Positions 53,042-64,000 of a DNA stretch of 64,000 nt are shown piece by piece. The notes under the pieces were generated by a model. It was given only the letters and a program-made list of their open reading frames with translations, had not been told where the DNA came from and did not search any database. The stretch is from the human T2T-CHM13v2.0 reference genome, Homo sapiens: assembly GCF_009914755.1 (NCBI RefSeq), contig NC_060937.1, one strand, 5' to 3'. The position numbers were made by a program, and so were the translations under genes. The first letter of the stretch is position 1; each line of letters begins with the position of its first letter.

Positions 53042-53341
53042 GGCTGGGCACAGTGGCTCACACCTATAATCCCAGCGCTTTGGGAGGCCTAGGCAGGAGG
53101 ATCATGAGGTCAGAAGATCGAGACCATCCTGGCTAACATGGTGAAACCCCGTCTCTACCAAAAATAAAAAAAATTAGCCGGACGTGGTGCCGGGTGCCTG
53201 TAGTCCCAGCTGCTCAGGAGGCTGAGGCAGGAGAATGGCCTGAACCCGGAAGGCGGAGCTTACAGTGAGCCGAGATGGTGTCACTGCATTCCAGCCTAGG
53301 CGACAGAGTGAGACTCAGTCTCAAAAAAAAAGAAAAAAAAA
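53042..53341 (+). mobile_element. AluY, full length
   Basis: gatcgagaccatcctggctaac...gcggagctt; TSD aggaatagtta(a/g)taat 53026-53041 / 53342-53357. Confidence 0.95.
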
Positions 53342-54059
53342 AGGAATAGTTAGTAATATTAATGATAAAAATATTTAAAATAATCTGGTATTGCTGATAT
53401 CACTACCCCATATATTACTTGTGCCTGAGTCAGTTTTGTAGGCTCTGTTTAAATTACAGGGGAGAAAACAACATAAAATGATCTTCTTCCTCTAAGTCCA
53501 TCAGATAAAGACCCCACAGAGGTCAGAAGTTGACAAGTGTCACTTTGCACACTTGTTTCTCTTTCTCTTCTTGGTTATTTTCTCCTCTCTATAATAATTC
53601 AAGATAATACATTGCTAATGGGTGCCCAGTCCTTTAATTTGTGTGCTTTTAAGAACCTTACACCTAACAGTCCCCAGACAGGGGATAATTCTTCAGATGC
53701 TAATAAAATCAAATATTTTCCATTAAATTGAAGGGGAAATGTCACTTAGTTATCTAAAGAACATAGAAATAATTAATGGGATAGATTTTTATGGACCATG
53801 ACTTTGAAATACCTTGAAAACTTTAATGGAAATTCTTGTCTTCAAAATTTTAGTCAAATAGGTAATCAAATGATGTGCAGCCTCAGAGGAATCAAAAAAC
53901 AATATACACAAGAAGCACACACAAACAAGAAACTCTGATGTTTGTAAAGATCTGAATGACTACCATGCAAACCTCTGTGTACAGTCTGGATACTGGTTAT
54001 CATCCAGAGCTGGTGCAGATCAAGAATGATCTGGTTTATTTACTTGCATGTTTTCATGT

Positions 54060-55250
54060 CTCCGCCGACATATTCTATATTTTCAATCATTATTTTTTCT
54101 TCATTTTTTTCTAAACATATTTATAGTAGCTGCCTGAAATTCAATGTTAGCTACATGCTGGGTTCTGTGGACTGCATATGGGATATGTGTCATGTTCCTG
54201 TTTCTCTTCAAGTCTGGCATTTTATATTGCTTGCCTACTCTTTATTGCATAAAAAGTTTTAGATCTTTGCATTTTGTTATATTTATATGAATAGGTTTGA
54301 GTTTATGTTGTAGATTTCAACTTAGTTACTTGCTGTTCATTCTGAGCTTGTGCATTTGTGATTGGATGATGATTGGAAAGCCTCATATTTGACCCCCCAG
54401 GCAATTCCAAATGGGTGGGATCCTACATATAAACTCTGTTTCCTTCTCAGTTCCTTATGTGGTAAAATTTTGTACTTTGTCAGGGTGGACATAGTTTAAA
54501 ACTTACTACAGGTCATGTACCTTATCCAAAGTTAAGGCCTTTCTAGTGTCTAAGCTGAAGGCTTTGAGTATTAACAAAGTATGAGAATGGAATAATTTCT
54601 GCTGATCTTCAACACCCTATAGAACTTTTCAGTCACTAGTATCCTTGTTCTTCTCTCAAATCCACAGAACCCATGCTCTGTAAGCTATAGATAGGCTCTT
54701 CTGAAGCCCTTATTCAGACTCAGAGTGGGTCCTGGTTTTCCCTGCTGCATAAGTTATTTTCCCAATCTAAAAGTCTCAGGGATTACAGTTGCTTCACCTA
54801 TCCTGAAAATGTTCCTTGCTTTCTCACCTCACTGGAAAGATCACATTCTGCTTGAACTCCAGCTTGCTTTGCCACAGTTGTGGAATTATCCCAGTCAGAT
54901 GGGAGGATCTAAAGAATGTGGCTCACGTTTTTGCATTCCTGTATTCAGGATCAGGGATTAAGATCAAATACCTAATCACAGTTGCCTGTGTTTATATATT
55001 TTGCCCAATTTTACATAGATTTATAATGTGCAGGCTTCTTCTTTACCAAGTGTATTGCATAAATAAGAGCATGCTTTCTTCAAAAAAACCATTACATTTC
55101 AGAAATAATTTGTAAATTATCATATTTTTCTCTTGCTGGAAAGAATTCACTTTTGTTTCTGGCAGATCACCTTGACCAATTGAGAATACACCACTTTTCC
55201 ATTTGAATTTCTCTAATTATGTAAGGTATTCTATGTTTGGACAACTATGG
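54060..55250 (-). mobile_element. Old L1M 5'/ORF1-region remnants
   Basis: tctaaacatatttatagtagctgcctgaaat; ctaatcacagttgcctgtgtttatatattttgccc. Confidence 0.45.
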
Positions 55251-55923
55251 TGTTTATGTGCTGACTTTCATGGTTGCCAGCTGAAGTCTGAATTATCATG
55301 ATGATTAAACACGGAAGCCATTCCTTGACTTGTTTGTCACGGACTTCTAACTTGTCAGGATCTAAACTGATTTTTTGGCTTCATAGGTTCATAAGAACAT
55401 AAGAAGTTCTTTTCAAGTACTCTAACCCTTGACTGACATTAAGTAGGGGCACATCACAAAAAATCCAATTGGGAATTGAGCTGATTCAAATCAGAGATTC
55501 ACTCTAGGTGAAGGCTAGTGTATTTTTGTGTAAATTTGCACCTCAGCTGTATCCCTTTAGAGACTGCATGCACAAACCTTGGGTGTTTACTGGCTTCCTT
55601 CCATCTTACAAAAACCTGATGTCTGTTTTAGCTTATGCTAATACATATAAAACTGTGAAAATGTCTGCTCAGCATCTCCACATTTTCTCTGGCTGCCTTC
55701 AAATCACTGTGTACAGTAATGCCAAATGCCTTAAGAATCAATGTGGAACAGAGGCTTTATGCCCAGATATTAGCCCCTCAATTTTTGTTGGACTTGGTAA
55801 CTGTTCAGCGCCCTCAAACAGATTTTTTATGTATATTCTACTTGGCTTTCTGGTTGTCCTCAGTAGGTTGGTTGGTTTGCTTTAAACTAACAAAATATGT
55901 AGAGACTGTGTAAACACACCTTC

Positions 55924-56288
55924 TGTGTCAGTCTGTTCTCATGTTACTAATGAAGACATACGCAAGACTGGGTAGTTTATAAAAGAAAGTGGTTTAATGG
56001 ACTCAGAGTTCCACGTGGCTGAGGAGGCCTCACAATCATGGTGGAAGGCAAAGGAGAAGCAAAGGCACATCTTACATGGTGGTAGGCAAGAAAGCATGTG
56101 CAGGGGAACTCCCCTTTTATAAAATCATCAGATGTCATGAGACTTATTTGCTATCAGGAGAACAGCATAGGAAAGACCCTCCCCCATGATTCAATTACCT
56201 CCCACTGGGTCCCTCCCAGGACATGAGGGAATTATGGGAGCTACAATTCAAGATGAGATTTGGTTGGGGATACAGCCAAACCATATCA
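55924..56288 (-). mobile_element. THE1B-like solo LTR
   Basis: agtctgttctcatg...ggcctcacaatcatggtggaaggc...acaattcaagatgagatttgg...cagccaaaccatatca. Confidence 0.95.
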
Positions 56289-57131
56289 TCTCCTTAAGCC
56301 CTAAGAATTTAAAGTGCTTTCTCTTCATTGACCTAAGTAAAATTCTAAGTAAACAAGGATTTTTAAAAATTTCCTCCTCAATGTTTCAAATGCCTTCTGA
56401 AATTAAACTAATATTTCAAAATTAATTAGAATATTCTTGACCTTGTTGGTGTGCTAGTCTCGTGGGTATAAACAGTGCAGCATGGGACAGTCAGTACAGG
56501 ATCTGGACACTGTTTTAAGATTGTCAGGATTGGCTATTAACAGATCTCTTTCACCCAACTTCTTTAGTTTTTAGAATATCAGGCAAATGAGCCAAGTAAC
56601 AGTTGCAGGTCTTGATATAAAAATCTTACAGTAATGAAAATAACTCTAAATTAAGCACATAATTATGATAAAAAACATATATCAGGGACAATAACATCAA
56701 AAGTTCTGACAATGCACATATAGCATAAAACTATAATCTGATAGAAATGGAAGAAAACTAGCAAATATCTATCTTGTAGAAATAAGCTATATGCCCTGTA
56801 TGAACTGTAGAATCACACTAGCTAATAGTAAAAAAGAAATCTATTTTGATTATAACATAGTTTTTCTCTCGAGTTATATTTTTTCTGAAAAAATTGGTTA
56901 TTTCTCCAGAATTTAAAAAAAATTACTCTGAACTAGTGGCCTTAAATATTATTCTCTAAAATGCAAAGGTAACCATGAATTTCAAATATGGCAACACTAA
57001 TTTGTGTTTTCCTACTGCAACACTAAATGAAAAATGAATTGTTATGTATTAAATGACAGATATAATTTACAACCAATATTACATTTGAGACAGTTCATAG
57101 ACTTTTAGGAATACACATATGTACTTTAAGG

Positions 57132-57649
57132 CAGGGGTTCCCAAACCACAAGCTCGTTACCAGTCCATGGCCTGGTAAGAAGCAGGCCACACAACAGGAT
57201 GTGAGTGGAGGGCAAGCAAAGCTTCATCTGTATTTACAGCTGCTTCCCATCACTAGCGTTACTGTCTGAGCTCTGCCTCCTGTCAGATCAGGGGCGGCAT
57301 GAGATTATCATAGGAACACGAACCCTGTTGTGAACTGCGCATGTGAGGGATCTAGATTTTGCCCTGCTTATAAGAATCTAATGTCTGATGATCTGTCACT
57401 GTCTCTCATCACTCCCACATAAGGCAGTCTAATTGCAGGAGAACAAGCTCAGGGCTCCAACTGAGTCTACATTATGGTGAGTTGTATAATCATTTCATTA
57501 TATCTTACAATATAATAATAACAGAAATAAAGTGCACAAAAGAGGTAATGCACTTGAATCATCCCGAAACCATCCCCCACCACCCAGGTCCATTAAAAAA
57601 TTGTCTTCCATGAAACCGTTCCCGGTGCCAAAAAGGTTGGGGATTGTTT
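57132..57649 (+). mobile_element. MER1A (hAT-Charlie), full length
   Basis: caggggttcccaaacc...ggtgccaaaaaggttggggattgt; 8-bp TSD ctttaagg 57124-57131 / ccttaagg 57650-57657. Confidence 0.93.
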
Positions 57650-59926
57650 CCTTAAGGGATTCATTACAAACATGAATTCCAAGAATAGTATTGAGGCTGA
57701 ACTATGATTATATGATTACATCTATATCTATCTGATAAATTATTTTAAGTATGAGCATATTCATCTATAAACATGTAGATTTATGTTATCATATCATAGC
57801 TATACTTATGATAATCCTTTCTTTAGTGTAACAAGGATTTCTATATCAGAAAGACAGAGATAACTCAGTTTAGGACACGGAATGGAACAGCCATCATCAC
57901 ATTAATTAGGAAAAAAATTTTAGGGTTTTTTTTTTGTTTTAGAATTTTTAAAAATATACCATTCAAAGTCTAAGAAGAGGAAAGAGGAAAATAGCTAATC
58001 CGAACTCTTAGGTCTTTTAACATTAACTTGGACTTAAGATATTTGAAACAAGGAATAGTTAACAAGTAGATTTCAGAAAATATAACTAGTCATTTCAAAA
58101 GAACAAGCACTTTTCAATTCTAAAAATGTTGAACATTTTCACCTAGGCTCTAGGAAAACTACATAAGAGGTTCTTATTTATGCAAATATAAAACAATAGC
58201 TAGATTTAAAAAGGAGATTTTTTTTTGAAACCAACACACATGACAACTGTACGACAAGGTAACGTGTGAAAGGTTGGCAAAAAACACAGAGTGCCAAATC
58301 TCTCAAAACAATGTTTCCCTGAAAGATCCCCTTTTTCTAAATATTTCTGTAGATTATATTGAATCTGCATGATATTTTATTTTCTGTGGGTATTGTGTTT
58401 GAGTAATTGCAGCAGTTCTTTACAACATATGAAAAGCCACTCTTCTAACATTCGGAATAGAAATGAGGATATTTCCTTTATCTCATTATGAAAAAAAGAA
58501 TTTAAAGAAGTAGAGACAAGTCTCTGCTTGTCTTAGCTCAATATGGATAGTACAGTTAATGTTTCACATTAATAATTAATTGCATAAGTTTGAATAATTT
58601 AGACTTTGAGGAAAAAAATTGAAGTCAGACTCTGCTGAGGCTATTTTGGGGTTTTGGCAAGAACAAACTGAGTCTTGGTGGGAGGGGTAGTAATCCCCAC
58701 TGTTGATTATCTTGAGAGATGAGAGATTGCAGGAATATACATAAAAACATCTGTACAAAAATAAATTATAGTAAGAATGAGAAAAGAAACTGTTTTATTA
58801 CAAATTAAGACATTCAAATAGTTATTGTCAAAATGTATGGAATAATTTATGAGCAAAGAAGGAGGTGATTAGATCTAAATATAGCCATAGAACAAGAAGT
58901 TTGAGAATTGTTATTTCAGATAATTTCAGGTACTATTTGCAGAGAGAATCTTTAAGGTTTAGTGGGGTAAAGAAAAAGAAAAAAAATAGCCACCATTTTA
59001 TTCCCAAGGTTGAGACAAGTAGCAAGATATGGATCAGTAGTCAGAATGTTGGAAGGAAAACATGTAAGCTTATTACTACTAAATCGGATCAAAGAGTGGA
59101 ACTTCAGATGTACTGTTAATGGAATTAATAATAAATAATACAGAATTTTGATTGGAACAGACTTATTTACCTAGTCATTTGCACAGCTATGTTACTCTGA
59201 GATCAGATGAGTCAGAATGCAACCCTGTTTTGAGAGGCAGATACAAAAAGAAAGTTAACTCCAGAGGGGTTTCACATTGGATTCTGAATTAATTGTAGTG
59301 GCAGACAGAAGATCAAATTGTGCTAGTAAGACTCTACATAGAGCCAAAAGAGAAAAGTGATAATACTTTTCCCCACAGCAAAAACACATCAGTGGAGGAG
59401 GAGGAAGTGAAGGAAGTTTGATCATAGTTGAATGTGATGAAATATCATTGTGTGTATAAAATACTGTTAATGGAAATAAAGAAATATGGAAAAGAATGTT
59501 AAAGTTGAAAAGATAAAACATGCAGTGGAATCCTATATTTTGTGCCATCAATATAGGTCAGTTTCTAAGAAAAGTATGGTCTATTCCATTCTGATTCCTT
59601 TGTATTTATGCTCTCCAATTTGTAATATATTAACTAGAGAACACTGGAAGACAACTGAATTGTTTAATTTCCCCTGAAGTATACACGCCAATACTGGAAT
59701 TTCAATTCCTGTTTATCTGTGTCCACATACAGTGCTTCTTTCAGTTTACCACACACACCATTGATAAGCAATTCCTGCCAGACTTTTTGTTTGGATTCTT
59801 CAGTGCCTCTAATTAACTAGAGAATATTTGGGGCATTTGATATTTAACTCATATTATACATCAAAACTTATAAAAACAAGTCTCCATTCATTTATAAGTA
59901 TTCACCCTTCAACAGTGCATAGGTTA

Positions 59927-60833
<907 letters not shown>

Positions 60834-60882
60834 GTAGGGGTGGAGAAAAGAGTATGGAAAATTGGATAAGATGTTATTGCCA

Positions 60883-61228
<346 letters not shown>

Positions 61229-63436
61229 TTATTGCCACTGGTTTGCTAATAATTATGCCATAGTTTGAACTTACCATCTTGCACTTAACATACATCTCTT
61301 AAATTGAGCTCCAGCAATTTGGGCAATGACATATGATTACCTCAATTCAAAAATTGTCCAGGTATAATTCTGGTAAAATGTTTTATGCATTTAGAGATAC
61401 TCATTGGTGGTTTTGTTCCGTATGAACTCTTATAGCTCTATGTTGAAAGGGAATGTATATTAATTTTATATTGCTGAAATAAAGTAAAAAATTAAACGTT
61501 TTCATCTCTTTTCCTGATATATGATTCAATCTGAATCATTTATTATTTTTAGCTCATTTTTAATAATCTTCAGTTCTTAAAAATTTTCCATGTGTTTTAA
61601 AATCCCAGGACAGGTGAAATATTTAATTTTTTACAGTAATAATTTAGCAAGTTAGATGTCATAGTAAATTACATTTTTTTAAGAAGCCAAGAGCATTATG
61701 AAACAGCATTGGTAGTAACCATAGTACTTGTTAGAAACGATGTGAAATGATATGTAGCACTTGCTATGTTGCTTGACATTTTTAAATATAGGTAATTAAT
61801 AAAAATAAATGAGAACTCTGAAATGGTATTGACTGTGATAGAAAAATTCAATAAATATATAACAGAAAGTTTATAGGCTCCTATGAGAACAAATATATTA
61901 TTTTACATGCCAAGTAATTATAAATTCTTTATAATAGTTAATATTGAATTTAATATTTAAAAAATCTGAGTAGCATAGTTTTGCATCAAAACAGTTTTAA
62001 TTCCTGTTTCATTTAGAAGCTTTATAATTTGGAGAAATTGTCATGAAAATTTTTTAAATGGTAATACCTTCTATTAAATTCAAATACTTAGTATTCATCA
62101 TAAACTTTATAGTCATTAATTAATAGACACTACAGAGTAGGTGATAATCAAGTATTGTTATCAGTTTACAAAGAAGGTACTATACCAACCTGTGAACACA
62201 AAATAGGTTAGTAACACGTTAATATTCTATGCACTAACTGCTTTTATTTCCTCTTCAATTATCTCTTAAAATGAATCACATGGAAACAAAAGGAGATTTT
62301 TTTTTTTTTTGCATAATGAGATCAAATTTTAGGATAAATAGCAACTAGGTGATAATTAATTAAGGATAATAATAATAATTAAATTAAAGACATCTCATCA
62401 CAGATCTTATCTCTGAAAACACCTCAAATCAACAAGGAGGGAGAAAAGAAAACAGAAAAGAAACTATCTCCTATGAAACCAGAAGTCGTCCATAACTCTC
62501 AACTTCAGTTCTAAGTGTTATAGGTAGAATGAATAGTACACTAGACAACAATGAGCAAGTCAGGAGCACTTGTAGGCCTGTCATGGCAAAGCTCAATAGT
62601 CATGTAGAAATATCAGAGAAAAGCAGGAATTGCAAATGAGGTCAGGGTTAATTTAGAAATGTGGATGTGTCTTGCCGCCAAAGCAAGCCAAACCAAACTG
62701 AGCCAACCTACCTACCAACCCATACAAAAAGACAAGCAAATCAAAACAAAAACAAAAAAAAACCCAAACATCTAAGAGCATTTGTCTGTCTCTGTGACAC
62801 ATTGCAGAGAAATCAGGAGGTGTTAATCAGCTTGCCAGTTAAATTTTCTGATGAAAGGAATTATAATAATGGTTACAAAAGGATAATGAAAATCTATAAC
62901 ATGTTGGCCTTTTCTCTGACCCAAACAAATATCTTCGAGGAGAGGAAGGAGACATAACCACAAAGCACAGTATCTGTGAGATGGTGTTCAGTGTTAACTT
63001 AAAACAATGTAAATGATTTGCATTTTCAGTTCACTTCCTGGGATGTTTTTTCCCATGCCTTTATAAACAGATGACCAAGAATAAATGTTACATATTCAAG
63101 GAAGGTTAGCATTTAAAAAAACTTAATCATGAGACGTACTCAGTTGCACTAATAAAACGGGCCAAGAAGCAAAGTGATGATGGAAAATAAAACAAAATTT
63201 TATATCATAAAACAAGTTAAAGTTATAAACAAATCTTTATTTTTGAAAGCTTGGAACTTCAAGATTGTAGGTGTTCAAGAATAGATACTGAGACAACAGA
63301 AGGCAATAAAAATTGAACTGGCAGTGTTCTGGATACAAACAAATAGCAGAAAGCAAATAATTAGATAAACTAATTATAAGAAAACATAAGAATTAATATT
63401 TCAAATGGCAAATATACAAAATACATAATACTAAAT

Positions 63437-63784
63437 ATTATGAACTGAATATGTTCCCCAAAATTCCTATGTTGAAATTAAAATTAAATCCCCAAGGTCA
63501 TGGTATTAAGCAGAAGGACCTTTTGAACATGATTCTGTCATGAGGGCACAGCTCTCATAAACAGGATTACTGGCATTACAAAGCCAACTCCAGAAACCCC
63601 CTCTCCTTTGTGCCCTGTGAGGACAAAGTTTGAGAAGACAATGTCATGAATGAGTAAATGAGCCCTCAACAGACACCAGATTTTCCTGATCAGGAACTAT
63701 CTAGCATCCAAAACTATGAGAAATAAATTTCTGTTGTTTATAAGCCACCCATTTATGATATTTTGTCCAAACAGACTAAGATAC
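63437..63784 (+). mobile_element. MLT1A-like solo LTR
   Basis: tatgaactgaatatgttccccaaaattcctatgttgaa...gagaaataaatttctgttgtttataagccaccc...acagactaagata. Confidence 0.9.
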
Positions 63785-64000
63785 TAATTTAGAAGGATTA
63801 GATAAAAATAAGACAAATACAAATTACTTATAACCCTTTTGAAATAACACAAGGACCTTAATTCATCCCCACTCACTTTCTATGAATTTGTGTAATACTC
63901 TCATATATTTCACCTCTGCATGTTGTACATCCACAAGCCATTGCTGTTGTTCTTCTTATTGTTTTCCAACACCAGTGTAAATTTTGCTATACTTACATTG

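Overview
This is primate (probably human or great-ape) AT-rich, CpG-depleted, repeat-dominated DNA, resembling a gene desert or deep intron. I can support no protein-coding gene, RNA gene, CRISPR array or other novel genetic system. Every recognisable ORF in the track derives from Alu, L1 ORF2, MaLR-internal, LTR or microsatellite sequence. Content: about 11 Alus (J, S, Y), several L1 fragments (L1PA, L1M), one full-length THE1 provirus, about a dozen solo or partial LTRs (many with readable TSDs), DNA-transposon fossils (MER30, MER5A, MER47A, MER1A), and L2/MIR remnants. Subfamily names come from recalled consensus motifs, not from a RepeatMasker run. The most interesting signals are mutational scars. 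(1) A ~115-bp copy of the THE1 5' LTR sits 650 bp upstream between 10-bp direct repeats. (2) One AluJ has a linker that became a ~530-bp AT-rich quasi-palindrome bounded by an inverted copy of its own right arm. (3) A serial templated-insertion junction lies inside a scrambled L1. (4) Several TA/CA tracts are framed by inverted duplications of flanking sequence.
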